In this document: positions 11,069 through 23,856 of the stretch, in pieces
How positions within the stretch are numbered: the first letter of the stretch is position 1
How the letters are laid out: each line of letters begins with the position of its first letter
Assembly (NCBI GenBank): GCA_965203485.1
Contig: OZ241892.1
Span: forward strand, 2,368,001 to 2,432,000
DNA from: Longimicrobiales bacterium
GTDB taxonomy: Bacteria; Gemmatimonadota; Gemmatimonadetes; Longimicrobiales; Gaopeijiaceae
Reading direction: 5' to 3'
DNA length: 64,000 nt
Notes under the pieces: generated by a model
The model's input: only the letters and a program-made list of their open reading frames with translations
Database searches by the model: none
Told to the model about the DNA's origin: nothing
Translations under genes and position numbers: made by a program

Positions 11069-11964
11069 CGGACGGCCGCCGCCTGCCCCGCCGGGCCGTC
11101 TTGGACTCCGAAGTAGCGCTCCACGACGCGCTCCTTTTGCGACAGGGGCACGCCGGTGCCAGCGTGTCTGAACATTACGATCTCGGCGGCGACCGAAATC
11201 GCGATCTCCGCGGGCGTCTGTCCGCCCAGGTCCAGGCCCACCGGCGCGCGGACGCGCAGGAGGTCGCAGGCGGCGAAGCCGTCGCGAACCAGCTGCTCGT
11301 GCGTGGCCCGCACGCGGCGGCGGCTGCCGATCATCCCGACGTAGCCGGGGCCGTCCCGCATTCGAAGCAGGCGAATCAGGCACTCGTAGTCGAATCGGTG
11401 CCCGCGGGTCACCAGCACGACGTGGTCGGCCGGGACCAGCTGCGTGTCGGCAAACGGGTCGCGGAAGTCGACCACGCGGACGGCGGACGCCTCGGGAAAC
11501 CTGTCCGGGCTGGCGAACTCCGGGCGGTCGTCGAGCACTTCGACCCGCAAGCCGAGCATGGCGCCGCACCGGCAGAGGGGCCGCGCCACGTGGCCCGCTC
11601 CCACGACGACCATGCGCGGGGGCGGCGCATGCACCTCCATGTACACGACCGCGCTCGCGGCGCCCCCCGGGGCCGCGAACCGAAACTTCTTCGCGACGGC
11701 GCCGGAAGCGACCCGGCCGGGGAAGACGTCCGGCAACGCCCGCGACACGGCGTCGTCGAGCGACGGATGGCCCAGCGTGCCCTCCGCCCGGTCGCCCGAG
11801 CGCCACGAACGCTTCCCGACGATTCGCCCGTCGGCGGACTCGGTCACCACCGCCGTGACGATGCGGTTTCCTCGAGCGACAGCGTCCAGGACCGCAACCG
11901 CGGCGTCCGCCGCCGACACCGCCTCGCCCCGAGCGACGCGCGGCCCGCTCCACCGCCCGTTCAC
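11065..11964 (-). CDS. xdhC: XdhC family Mo-hydroxylase accessory protein (Rossmann-domain part)
   Basis: VVVGAGHVA, DDRPEFA, VTRGHRFD, YVGMIGSRRR, PVGLDLGGQTPAEIAISVAAEI. Confidence 0.9.
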   Translation of the reverse strand: MNGRWSGPRVARGEAVSAADAAVAVLDAVARGNRIVTAVVTESADGRIVGKRSWRSGDRAEGTLGHPSLDDAVSRALPDVFPGRVASGAVAKKFRFAAPGGAASAVVYMEVHAPPPRMVVVGAGHVARPLCRCGAMLGLRVEVLDDRPEFASPDRFPEASAVRVVDFRDPFADTQLVPADHVVLVTRGHRFDYECLIRLLRMRDGPGYVGMIGSRRRVRATHEQLVRDGFAACDLLRVRAPVGLDLGGQTPAEIAISVAAEIVMFRHAGTGVPLSQKERVVERYFGVQDGPAGQAAAVR

Positions 11965-12619
11965 TCGCTCGGTCCTTCGCCGTGGGAGCCGAAGCGACGG
12001 CGGTACGCCTCCGGCGTGTCCAAGTCGTCCAGGATGGCGTCGTCCCGCACGACCACTTCCAGCACGCGGCCGGGATCGCGCCGAATCACGGTGCGCGCGC
12101 CTTCCGCCAGTCCCTCCTCGAAGAACTCGTCGGCGATGCGCATGTCGGCGAGCGCCGGATGGCCCCGCCGGCACCCGCGGCGCGGCACGACGGCCGCCGC
12201 GCGCGTCTTCCGCCATGCGGCCACGACGGCTCGCACCGTGGCGACCGCCACCGCTGGATTGTCGACGGGCGAGAAGACCACCGCGCCCGGCGGCTCGCGC
12301 GCTTCGCGAAGGCGGGCCAAGCCCACACGCAGCGAGCCGATCTGCCCGCCCTCGCCGCGCGGGTTGACGACGACCGAGCCGCCGGCCTGCGCCACTTCCT
12401 CCTCCAGCTCGCGCCCGGCCGCGCGCGCCACCACCAGAACCGGCGCGCAACCGGCCTCCGCCAGCGTCCCGGCCAACCGGGCCGAGAAGGACCGGCCGCC
12501 GGCGTCGAGGCCCGCCTTGCACGCGCCCATGCGGCGCGACCGGCCTGCCGCCAGCACCAAGCCCGCCACGCCGGGCTCGGATCGCCGGGCCGCCTCGACG
12601 ACGTCCGAGCGTCCAGCCG

Positions 12620-12623
<4 letters not shown>
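11961..12623 (-). CDS. Nucleotidyltransferase, MocA/MobA-like (probable molybdenum cofactor cytidylyltransferase)
   Basis: LVLAAGRSRRMG, PVDNP, GHP, DLDTPEAY; adjacent to xdhC. Confidence 0.85.
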
Positions 12624-14824
<2,201 letters not shown>

Positions 14825-14864
14825 CCGAGGACTCGCGCGACCGCGCCCCGGTGCGGGAACTCGC

Positions 14865-15638
14865 CTAATAGATCGGCCTGACCTCCGCGGTCGACCGCGA
14901 CAGGGTGATGGTCGCGGGCATGCCTCGCACTAGGGGAAACTCCCGGTTCCAGTACCACTCTTCGCTGGCCACCTCGCGGCGCGCGTAGACCCAGTAGTTG
15001 CCGGGCGCCACCCTGAAGAACGCATTTCCGTCCACGTCGGTCGTGTCCGCATGCACGTCGAGCCCGGACGCGGCGATCTTGGCCGCGACTACTTCGTTCC
15101 AGTCCTGGAAGGCGTCGTCTTCCCAGTTCTCCTTCGCCACGCTCATGCTGTCCAGCCGGTCCGTCGCCGCCGCCTGGAGCGACTCGAAACGGGAGAAGAG
15201 CGACTGGATCCGCGAGTCGAGCCGTTCGTACTCCGCATGCTTCTGCTGGTGCTCGCGGAACAACGTGTTGTACTCCCGCGTGCGCCTGTTGAGTCCCTCC
15301 ATGCGGTCGCTGAGCCTCTGCAGATCGTCGCGCAACGCGTTCCAGCGGGCTTCCGCGTCCGTCCAAGCCTGCCGCGCGGCTGCGATTTCCTCTTGGGCGG
15401 CGGCGAGTTCGGGCGGCATCTCCGGCTCCGGAGTCGGGAAGGCCTGCGCGAGAGAGTCGAACACCCCGTCCCGGTCGTAGGGCAACAGCTGGACCTCCAC
15501 GTCCGCTACTCCGACGGGCTCGCTGCCGTCCTCTCCTCCTTCTACGACCTGGACCGAGCCCTCGCCGGGGCCGCATGCGGCGACCGCCGCCGACACAAGG
15601 GCCAGGCCCGCGACCGAGCCGATGCCGCTTCGCTTCAT
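14865..15638 (-). CDS. Hypothetical lipoprotein with coiled-coil insert
   Basis: Lipobox VAAC; central heptad-like helix. Confidence 0.7.
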   Translation of the reverse strand: MKRSGIGSVAGLALVSAAVAACGPGEGSVQVVEGGEDGSEPVGVADVEVQLLPYDRDGVFDSLAQAFPTPEPEMPPELAAAQEEIAAARQAWTDAEARWNALRDDLQRLSDRMEGLNRRTREYNTLFREHQQKHAEYERLDSRIQSLFSRFESLQAAATDRLDSMSVAKENWEDDAFQDWNEVVAAKIAASGLDVHADTTDVDGNAFFRVAPGNYWVYARREVASEEWYWNREFPLVRGMPATITLSRSTAEVRPIY

Positions 15639-15852
15639 CTGTCTCCTCCATGAGGGAACCGACCGTGGCGCCGGGACACGCGCCCGACACGCCCAATCCT
15701 ACAACGATAAGAACGGAAAAAGAAGCAGACAAGGCTCGACCGCGCGGGCGCCCCTGCGAGAGCGCCACATCGACCGAGCCCCTGCCCCGGGGCGCCGTGC
15801 TCGACGCCAAAGAGCCCAGCGGGTCCGCCACCGCGCCCGAGAACATTCGGAC

Positions 15853-17307
15853 TCAGCGCGCCGGGGCGCCGTACTCGACGCGGAGGACCAAGCGCGCAGT
15901 TCGGCCGACGCGGGCGACCTCTTCGGGGCTGGGCGCCGGGCCGCCTCGGACGAGCGCCAAGACCTGGGCCGGCGTGGCTCCGCGCAGCAACGCGTCGGCC
16001 GCCGTCGCGGCCGCCACGGCCGGGTCGGCGACCGCTTGGCTCCGCTTGCTCCGCGCGGCACGCAGAAGAGCCGCAGGTCCCCTGCCGAGGCCGTCCAGGG
16101 TGGGCGCGGCCAGCGTCTCGGCGATACGGGCTTCCCATGCCCGCGCGGCCTCGGGAGATGCGGAGAACTGGACGAGAAGGCGGCCGGCCGGACCGACTTC
16201 CGCGGAGAAGCCGTACACGGTGTCGTCAAGGCGGCGTTCGGTGCGCAGGGCGAGCAGGGCCCGCAGGAAGTCGGCCTGTTGCAGGGTAGTTCCCGGGGCG
16301 AGTTCGAACGCCAGCCCGACCCACGTGGTCACGACTTCCGCGGGCTGCGCGACGCTGACGAGCCCGGCCGGCGCCGTCGTCCCGTGCCCGGACGGCAGGA
16401 CGAATGGCGGGCTGTCCGTCTCCGGCGGCCCGACCGGCCCGCCGACGGGACTCGGAAGGCCGGGGCGCGGGCCGTCCGCGACCACGACCCATGCGGGCAT
16501 CCCCCAAGCGGTCGCGGGCGCCGCCGAGGCGGCTTCCAGCAACGCGGCGCTCGGCGCCTCGTCGGTTGCCGCGCCGACGGCGCTTGCGGTTGCGGCAGCG
16601 CTCGCCGAGTCTCGGGCCGACTCGTCCACGGGGTCCGCCGGTTCGTCGGCGAGCCCCAGTCCGCCGGGTCCCGCCGCACTCAAGCGGGCGGCGAAGAGTT
16701 GCTCGAATCGGTCCTGCGGCGAGCCCTCGCGGAACTCGCGCACCTCGAACGCCCGCGCCATGGCGGATTCCACGTGCCCATGCGGCAACGGTCCGCCCGC
16801 CACGCGCCGCATCACGCCGAGGACGTCGGCAAGATCCTCGGGACGCGCCGTGGCGACGAAGTAGCGCCCCGTTCGCGTGCGGACGGCCTCGACGCTCGCC
16901 GCCACCCCCCCTGCGGCCTCGCGGAGCGCGGCCAGGAACGCCAAGTCCGCGATCCTCGCGGCCGCTAGGTCCCCGGGCGCGAGCGACGCCGAGACGGGAA
17001 GCGCCACGACAACCGCCCCGACCGGCGCCCAGGCGCGCACAACCAAGAGAGGCTCCTGCTCGGACGGCGGCGGACAAGCGCGGCGCTCCCCTTCCCGGGC
17101 GTCCCGGCCGGCCGGGACGCCCGCAGCGCACTCGGGCCGGACAGCGCCCGCGCCGGCTCCCTCGCCGTCCGTCGGCCGATCTTGCCCGGCGTGGCCGACT
17201 TGCGCCGCGGCTTGCGGAGGCCCCGCGGAAGCCGGCTGCCATGTCGCGGTCGCAAACGCGGCCAGCAGAACGATCCTGCGACGCAACGCCGTGTCCGCGC
17301 GGGTCAA
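15853..17307 (-). CDS. Secreted hypothetical protein, possibly a degenerate M16 (insulinase)-like fold
   Basis: Signal-like N-terminus; TTG start overlaps upstream stop; no HxxEH motif. Confidence 0.5.
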   Translation of the reverse strand: MTRADTALRRRIVLLAAFATATWQPASAGPPQAAAQVGHAGQDRPTDGEGAGAGAVRPECAAGVPAGRDAREGERRACPPPSEQEPLLVVRAWAPVGAVVVALPVSASLAPGDLAAARIADLAFLAALREAAGGVAASVEAVRTRTGRYFVATARPEDLADVLGVMRRVAGGPLPHGHVESAMARAFEVREFREGSPQDRFEQLFAARLSAAGPGGLGLADEPADPVDESARDSASAAATASAVGAATDEAPSAALLEAASAAPATAWGMPAWVVVADGPRPGLPSPVGGPVGPPETDSPPFVLPSGHGTTAPAGLVSVAQPAEVVTTWVGLAFELAPGTTLQQADFLRALLALRTERRLDDTVYGFSAEVGPAGRLLVQFSASPEAARAWEARIAETLAAPTLDGLGRGPAALLRAARSKRSQAVADPAVAAATAADALLRGATPAQVLALVRGGPAPSPEEVARVGRTARLVLRVEYGAPAR

Positions 17308-18650
17308 CCGCCCCCGCCAAGACGGACGAGCGTGGACTCGAATGCTTGGACGGCCGCAACCAGCTCGGGACGCCCCGCGGCCTCCACCCTCGCGAGGACG
17401 CCGCGGACGGAGCCGGGGTGGCCGTGCCAGCGATCCGCGAGCGCCAGCCACCCCGCGGGCGTGGCGGCCGCCGCGACGAGATCCCTTCGGGCCGCCTCGG
17501 CCGCCGCGCTCCACCGGGCGGCGAGCTGTGCCTCGGACATCACGCCGAGCGCGGCGGCCAGGGCGTTGTCCGCGTCTCGCTGCGCCAGCGCCGTGGCCGT
17601 GACCGCCGTCCAGCGCGCATCGCTCCCCAACCCGTGCTGAACGCGCAACACGACGCCCGGCAGCTCCAAGCCGCCGAGCCCCGCGGCCAGAGCGTCCTGG
17701 GCGACCAGCACGCCCGGTCTGCTTCGCGTCCCCAAGCTGAAGAAGGCGCCGGCCCAGGCGGGCGCCGGAGGCAAGAACGCCCCGGGACGCTCCGGCAGTC
17801 CGGCCCCAGCCGGCGCGGCGGACGACGAAGCTCCCGCGGCGGCGGCCCCGGCCGACTCCTCGTCTTCGCGGCCGGCCGCCTGGTCCTTGGCTCCCAAGAG
17901 AGACAGCTCGGCGAGCGCCACCGGGACCTCGACTCCGCCCAGCACGACGACCCTGAGGCGGTCGCGAGCGTGGCTCCGCATCCAGAGCCGCTCGATGCGA
18001 GCGAACGCGGAGACCTCGTCGAAGCCGACGTTCCCGCGCCGCGCGGCCGGCGCCGCGGGCGAATCGAACTCGCGGGAGTCGATCGCGGCCACCACGCGCC
18101 CGTGGGGAGTCTCGGCCAAGCGATCGGCCCGGGCGCGCTCCCGGGCCAGCGCCGCGCGCAACCCTTGGGGCGACGGCCTCCGGGCCAGAATGCGGACGAT
18201 CCAAGCCAGTTCGTCGATGTCCCGGCGGTCGCCGATCACCTGATACGCGATGCGGCCGCCATCCAGTCCGCCCCACAGCGAAGCGCCGATCAAGTCCGCC
18301 AACGGTTGCGCCCGGCCGATTGCCAGCGCCACGAGCGCCCGAGCGTCGTCCAGGCGGCCCAAGCCGCGCGGAGCCGAGATCCGAATCCCGGCCGCCGGCA
18401 ACCCCGCCGCCTCTTCGAAGACGAGCACCGGGCCGTTCGGGACCGCCAGCACACTGTCCGGCGCCAGCGGATCGGAGGGCGCCGCCCCACCGTCTTGCGC
18501 GAGAACGTCCGTTGCGCCCACGGCCGAGACGGCCGAGCGGGCCCCCACGGGAACGGCCGACGCCGCAAGCGCAAGCAGGAAGGCGGCCCGCCGAGACCGG
18601 CGGGCGGGCGACCGGCGCGAAGGCGCGGGTCTAGGGAAGGGCGTCTCCAA
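17304..18650 (-). CDS. Secreted hypothetical protein, possibly inactive M16 peptidase-like
   Basis: Signal-like N-terminus; LAVPNGPVLVFEE resembles the M16 start; RLRVVVLGGV; no HxxEH. Confidence 0.55.
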   Translation of the reverse strand: METPFPRPAPSRRSPARRSRRAAFLLALAASAVPVGARSAVSAVGATDVLAQDGGAAPSDPLAPDSVLAVPNGPVLVFEEAAGLPAAGIRISAPRGLGRLDDARALVALAIGRAQPLADLIGASLWGGLDGGRIAYQVIGDRRDIDELAWIVRILARRPSPQGLRAALARERARADRLAETPHGRVVAAIDSREFDSPAAPAARRGNVGFDEVSAFARIERLWMRSHARDRLRVVVLGGVEVPVALAELSLLGAKDQAAGREDEESAGAAAAGASSSAAPAGAGLPERPGAFLPPAPAWAGAFFSLGTRSRPGVLVAQDALAAGLGGLELPGVVLRVQHGLGSDARWTAVTATALAQRDADNALAAALGVMSEAQLAARWSAAAEAARRDLVAAAATPAGWLALADRWHGHPGSVRGVLARVEAAGRPELVAAVQAFESTLVRLGGGG

Positions 18651-19566
18651 GAACGTAGTTCAGCGGGTTGACCGGAGACCCGTTGACGTGGACCTCGTAG
18701 TGCAGGTGGGGCGCGGTCGATATCCCGGTGCTTCCCACGCGCGCCACGACGTCGCCCCGGCGAACCGCCTTGCCGCGGCGCACGAGCAGTTCGGACGCGT
18801 GCGCGTAGAGTGTCGACACGCCGAACCCGTGGTCGATCACGACCGTGTAGCCGTAGCCGCTCCGACGCCCTGCCGAACGCACCACGCCCTTGGCGGCTGC
18901 GACGATCGGGGCGCCCTTGGGCGCGTGGATGTCGATCCCTTCGTGGGGTTGCCGGCGGTCGTGAAGCGGATGACGGCGGCTACGGCTGAAGCGGCTCGAC
19001 AACAGGCCGCGCACCGGGAAGATGGATGGCGTCGCCTCCGCCCGGCGGCGCTGGGCCTCGAAGCTGGACGCCACCTCGTCGAAGCTGGCGGCCAGCAGGT
19101 CCGCCTTTCGCTTCATGAGCTCGAGGTCGTAGTGGATCGCGTAGGCCGTCTCGGACGCCTCGGAATCCAGCATCCACAGCTCGCCGTCCGACGACGACTC
19201 CAGGCCGGGGCCGCCGACGCCCACCTCGAGCACTTCCTGGTCGATCCCCGACAGGCCGGCCAGCAAGCGGACGCGCCGGTTCTGCTCGACCAGTCCTGCC
19301 ACTTGGCCGCCCACGTTCGCCAAGCGCGCCTGCGCCTCCTCGAGCTCGTCCTCCAGGAGGCGGTTCTCCCGCGCCAGCTGGATCACGCGCAACGGATTGT
19401 CGCCTCCCGCGACGACCACGGCCGCGGCGACTGCGCACAGCGCCACCAGCATGGCGCAACCGAACACCCAGGGAACGGCGCGCAGAAGGCCCCCGCGCAC
19501 CGTCCACTGCGCGACGCCCTCCGAGCCGCCGCGGAGCAGCACGAGGGTCCATCGGTTGGTATTCAT
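18631..19566 (-). CDS. M23 family metallopeptidase
   Basis: HEGID, YAH, STAPHLHYEV; N-terminal TM and coiled coil. Confidence 0.93.
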   Translation of the reverse strand: MNTNRWTLVLLRGGSEGVAQWTVRGGLLRAVPWVFGCAMLVALCAVAAAVVVAGGDNPLRVIQLARENRLLEDELEEAQARLANVGGQVAGLVEQNRRVRLLAGLSGIDQEVLEVGVGGPGLESSSDGELWMLDSEASETAYAIHYDLELMKRKADLLAASFDEVASSFEAQRRRAEATPSIFPVRGLLSSRFSRSRRHPLHDRRQPHEGIDIHAPKGAPIVAAAKGVVRSAGRRSGYGYTVVIDHGFGVSTLYAHASELLVRRGKAVRRGDVVARVGSTGISTAPHLHYEVHVNGSPVNPLNYVLGDALP

Positions 19567-19848
19567 CTGCGGAGACACGTTAGGAACTTTTGTTTCCGTC
19601 GTCAAGCGGAGAGGGCTGCGGAGGCCCAAGTCAAGCGCGCGCGCGGCGTGTTCAAGAGCGAGCGTCGCTTCGGTCCAGCCACGATCGGCCGGCGGGCCGA
19701 AGAAACCCCACGGCGCGGACGGGCCGGGCAACATGGGCCGGCTGCCGCCCACCGCAAGCATAGGTCCGGCGGCGCCTCCCGGGCAAGACTGGATGGACCG
19801 GGCGCGGGCCGGGCCGCCGCAAGGTCCGCGGCGCCGATGCTCCCGGCG

Positions 19849-21438
19849 TCACCGGCCGACGTCCACGGAGTCGCCGCCGACCGCCCCGCCGCCGCGCAAG
19901 TCGTCCGGGTCCACGCGGGGGAACAACGGCGGCCCCTGCGCCACGGCCAGTCCCGCCACGTCCACGGCCCTCGCCTCGTCCAGGAGCGGCACGTCGTCCA
20001 GGCCCAGGCGCCCGGCCAGCTCGAGGGCCCGGGCGGGAGCGACGGGCTCAAAGAGGCAGGCCAGCACGACGAGCGCGCGCACCAGCGACGCCAGCGTCTC
20101 GTCCAGCTCGGCCGACCGGGAGGGGTCCCGGGCCAGCGACCAGGGCTCGCGCGCTTCGACGAATCCGTTCGCCCGCCGGGCCAGCTCCATAGCCGCGGCC
20201 AGCCCTTCGTGCAGCCTGTAGTCCTCGAAGCCCGCCCGGTACGCGGCCACGGCCTCGTCCGTCTCGGCGCGAAGTCCGCCCGCCGGCCCGCCCGGCGCCG
20301 TCCCGTCCCGGTAGCGCCCGACCATCGACGCCACCCGGTGGACCAAGTTGCCCAGGATGTTCGACAGCTCGTCGTAGCGCACCATGAACCGGTCGAGCGT
20401 GTAGGACGCGTCCTGGCCCGTGGGCATCTCGCGCATCAGGTACCACCGCACGGCGTCCGTCCCGAACCACCGCCGGAGCTGGAGCGGATCGACCACGTTG
20501 CCCAGCGACTTGGACATCTTGGTGTCGCCCACCACCCACCAGCCGTGGGCCACGATCTTGCGCGGGAGAGCCAAGTCCGCCCCCATCAGCAGCGTCGGCC
20601 AGTAGACGGCGTGGGTGGTGAGGATGTCCTTGCCCATGAGATGGACGTCGGCCGGCCAGCGCGAGCCGGCGAGCGACTCCCCGAAGCCGCGCTTCCCGGC
20701 GGCCGCGCCCGGATCGACGGCGCCCGACGCCGTGACGTAGTTGATCAGCGCGTCCACCCACACGTAGGTCGTCTGCTCGGCGTCCCAAGGCAACGGAATG
20801 CCCCAGTGGATGCGCGAGCGGGGGCGCGAGATCGACAGGTCCTCCAGCGGCCGCTTGAGGAAGCCCAGCACCTCGTTCCTGCGCGCGGCCGGCACGATCC
20901 ACTCCGGGTTGGCCTCGACGTGGCGCACCAGGCGCTCCTGGAAGCGACCCATACGGAAGAAGTAGTTCTTCTCGCGAATGCGCTCCAGCGGCCCGCCCGT
21001 CACCGGATCGACGCGCTCGGGCCCGATCTCCTTCTCCGTGAAGTAGCGCTCCTGGCTCACCGAGTACCAGCCCGCGTATTCGCCCTCGTAGACCAGCCCG
21101 TTGTCCCGCAGCCGCTCCAGCAGGGCGCCCACCGCGGCCCGGTGCTCGGCTTCGGTAGTGCGGATGAAGCGGTCGTGCGAGATGCCCAGCGTGCGCCAAG
21201 CGGCCCGAAAGCGGCCCGCCATGAGGTCGCAGAGCTCCGCCGGGCTCATGCCCTGCTCGGCGGCCGCTTCCTGGATCTTCTGGCCGTGTTCGTCCGTGCC
21301 CGTCAGGAAGAGCACGTCCTCGCCGGCGCGACGGCGGTAGCGGGCCAGCACGTCGCCCAGGATCGTCGTGTAGGCGTGGCCCAGGTGCGGCTCGCCCGAC
21401 GCGTAGTAGATGGGAGTGGTGAGATAGAAGGAGGGCAT
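19849..21438 (-). CDS. metG: Methionine--tRNA ligase (short form, no C-terminal tRNA-binding domain)
   Basis: TTPIYYASGEPHLGH, TGTDEHGQKI, YVWVDALINY, KMSKSLGN. Confidence 0.96.
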   Translation of the reverse strand: MPSFYLTTPIYYASGEPHLGHAYTTILGDVLARYRRRAGEDVLFLTGTDEHGQKIQEAAAEQGMSPAELCDLMAGRFRAAWRTLGISHDRFIRTTEAEHRAAVGALLERLRDNGLVYEGEYAGWYSVSQERYFTEKEIGPERVDPVTGGPLERIREKNYFFRMGRFQERLVRHVEANPEWIVPAARRNEVLGFLKRPLEDLSISRPRSRIHWGIPLPWDAEQTTYVWVDALINYVTASGAVDPGAAAGKRGFGESLAGSRWPADVHLMGKDILTTHAVYWPTLLMGADLALPRKIVAHGWWVVGDTKMSKSLGNVVDPLQLRRWFGTDAVRWYLMREMPTGQDASYTLDRFMVRYDELSNILGNLVHRVASMVGRYRDGTAPGGPAGGLRAETDEAVAAYRAGFEDYRLHEGLAAAMELARRANGFVEAREPWSLARDPSRSAELDETLASLVRALVVLACLFEPVAPARALELAGRLGLDDVPLLDEARAVDVAGLAVAQGPPLFPRVDPDDLRGGGAVGGDSVDVGR

Positions 21439-22010
21439 CACCGGCCCTGGGCCGCGTCCGCCGCCTTCGCCCTGCCGACGGCCCCGGCGTACCACGACAG
21501 GGTCTCGACGAAGCGCGCGAACGAGGCTTCGTAGTGCGCCTCGCGCGGCTCGCCGTCCTCGCCGAAGGACTTCGAGACGAACGAGACCGGCATCGCCGCC
21601 ACCGGCAACGCCTTGATACGCAGGAACAGCAGCTGGAGCTGGTTCTGCGCGTTGACGCCGCCGAATCCGCCCGACGACACGGTGACGACTCCCACCGGCT
21701 TGCGGTCCCACTCGGCGTAGAGGTAGTCGAGCGCGTTCTTGAGCGCGCCCGGGACGGCGCCGTTGTACTCGGGGCTCACGACGACGACCGCGTCGGCCTC
21801 GGCCACGGCGCGCGAGAAGGCGACCAGCCCCGGCGGCGGATCGTCGCGCTTGGACAGCCTTTCCTCCATGACGGGGAGCGCGATCCGGGCCAAGTCGAGC
21901 AGGGGTGCGTCGGCTCCGGCCTTCTGCAGGCGGTCGCGAGCGAAGCGGGCCACTCGGCTGGACTGCCGGCCGCGACGCACGGACCCGACGACGACGGGTA
22001 TCTTCAGCAT
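21438..22010 (-). CDS. NADPH-dependent FMN reductase
   Basis: VGSVRRGR, SPEYNGAVPGALKNALD, WDRKP. Confidence 0.92.
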   Translation of the reverse strand: MLKIPVVVGSVRRGRQSSRVARFARDRLQKAGADAPLLDLARIALPVMEERLSKRDDPPPGLVAFSRAVAEADAVVVVSPEYNGAVPGALKNALDYLYAEWDRKPVGVVTVSSGGFGGVNAQNQLQLLFLRIKALPVAAMPVSFVSKSFGEDGEPREAHYEASFARFVETLSWYAGAVGRAKAADAAQGR

Positions 22011-22270
22011 CGGAGAGCGTTGGAGGGGAAAGGAGCGGCTTGGCCGGAAATCCGGGAGTCCGGGAGGCGGGGGCGCCGAGGGGTCCGCCGAGCGCTTCGG
22101 ATCGGACCGGCTGGGCTCCGGACCGGCGGAGGTCCGCACTGGCGCCGGCGCTCGCGGCTTGCGGGCCGGACTCGACCATCGAGCGTCCTTGAGCTTGCAA
22201 GAAAGTACAGTAGCTTGGCCGGAATGGGGATGCTCGCAACGGGGAGGCCCGCGGGGAAGGCAGGCGCGCC

Positions 22271-23053
22271 ATGATGATGACGCCGTGGGTGCAGCGGCTT
22301 CTGCTCGCCAACATCGCAATCTTCGCGCTCACGGCGACCGGGATGCCGCTGGTCGAAGAGTTCGGACTGGTGCCGCTCGCCGTCGCCCGGAGGCCGTGGA
22401 CGATCGCGACCTACATGTTCCTTCACGGCGGCTTCGCCCATGTGTTCTTCAACATGCTGATGCTGTTCTTCTTCGGTCCCAGGCTGGAGGAGCGGCTGGG
22501 CAGCCGGACGTTCGTCTGGTTCTACCTGGCCAGCGGCATCGGCGGCGCCGTCCTCTCGTTCGCGTTCACGCCCACGGCTATGGTCATCGGGGCGTCCGGA
22601 GCCGTCTACGGCGTGGTGGTGGGCTTCGCGCGCTACTGGCCGCGCGAGACGATCCACATCTGGGGCATCCTGCCCGTCCAGGCGCGGATCCTGGCGTTGT
22701 TCATGGTGGGATCGAGCCTGTTCTCGGGCATCACCGGAGCGCAGAGCGGGATCGCCCACTTCGCGCATCTGGGCGGGCTCGCGGCCGGGTGGGGCTTCCT
22801 CAAGCTCTGGGAGCGCCGGAAGACCAAGGCCGTCGCGGTCCCGAAGCGGCAACCCCGATACAAGGCGACCGCCGCGCGGGAGGCCGACGTACTGGAACGC
22901 TGGCAGGCGATTCCGCGCGACCAGCTGCACGAGATCAACCGCGAGGAGCTCGACAGCCTGCTGGGGAAGGCGGCCGAGGCCGGCGTCAGGGCGCTCACGA
23001 ACGACGAGCGCGCGTTCCTGGAACGGATGGCGCAGTCGGTGCAGGTGCGGTAG
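22271..23053 (+). CDS. Rhomboid family intramembrane serine protease
   Basis: YMFLHGG, HVFFNM, GASG, AHFAHLGG. Confidence 0.95.
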   Translation: MMMTPWVQRLLLANIAIFALTATGMPLVEEFGLVPLAVARRPWTIATYMFLHGGFAHVFFNMLMLFFFGPRLEERLGSRTFVWFYLASGIGGAVLSFAFTPTAMVIGASGAVYGVVVGFARYWPRETIHIWGILPVQARILALFMVGSSLFSGITGAQSGIAHFAHLGGLAAGWGFLKLWERRKTKAVAVPKRQPRYKATAAREADVLERWQAIPRDQLHEINREELDSLLGKAAEAGVRALTNDERAFLERMAQSVQVR

Positions 23054-23118
23054 GCGCGGTTTCGTCCCCGTGCCGCGCGCGTATTGCGGCGTTGTCGGCG
23101 GATGGACCCGCGCCGGGA

Positions 23119-23850
23119 CTAGCCGCCGCGGACTGGAGATTTCGCCAGCAGCGCCGCCGCTTCCGCCATGCTGGAGACTCGGGCGTCGGCTTCGGCGGGC
23201 GCCGGAGGAGCGGCCCCGGCCGCAGGCGCCGCGCCGGGCCGGTCGACCCACAACGTGGCGTAGCCGAGCGCGGAAGCGGGCGCGATGTCGTGGAAGCGGC
23301 TCTGCGCCACGTGCAGGGTGCGACTCTTCGGCACGCTGGAGCGCCGCGCCATTTCGTGGAAGTGGGCGGAGGCCGGCTTGTAGCTGCCCACTTGCTGGGC
23401 CGTGACCACCCAGTCGAAGGATACCTCCAAGCGTTCGCGGGATTGGGCGAAGAGATCGTCGTCCACGTTGGAGACGATGCCGAGCTGGTACTGGCGGCCC
23501 AGCCGACGGAGCGCATCCACGGTGTCGGGGAAGACGGGCCAGCCGCCCACTGAAGCGGCGAAGGCGCGGCGCTGGGTTGCGGTGGGACGAAACCCAAGGT
23601 CCGCTCCCATGCGGTCCAGCGTGAGCGCCAGCGCTTCGCGATAGGAGCGGAAGCGCTCGGACTGCACCACGTGTTCGTGCCGGCCGAAGGCGCCCAGGAC
23701 CGCCGCCGCCGCCGGGGACGCGCCGTGGGCGGCGCAGATGGGCGCGACGGCTTCGAGAATGCCGCGCTCCCAGTCGACCAGCGTGCCGTAGCAGTCGAAG
23801 GTGAGGAGATCGAACCGGTTGGGGTCCAGGTCGCCCGGCGAGAGCGCCAC
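23119..23850 (-). CDS. Haloacid dehalogenase-like (HAD) hydrolase
   Basis: FDCYGTLVDWE, SNVDD, YKP, HDI motifs. Confidence 0.92.
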   Translation of the reverse strand: MALSPGDLDPNRFDLLTFDCYGTLVDWERGILEAVAPICAAHGASPAAAAVLGAFGRHEHVVQSERFRSYREALALTLDRMGADLGFRPTATQRRAFAASVGGWPVFPDTVDALRRLGRQYQLGIVSNVDDDLFAQSRERLEVSFDWVVTAQQVGSYKPASAHFHEMARRSSVPKSRTLHVAQSRFHDIAPASALGYATLWVDRPGAAPAAGAAPPAPAEADARVSSMAEAAALLAKSPVRGG

Positions 23851-23856
23851 GACCCG

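Noticed and set aside
19849..21438. MetRS lacking zinc-knuckle cysteines and C-terminal domain
   Set aside because: Known natural MetRS variant
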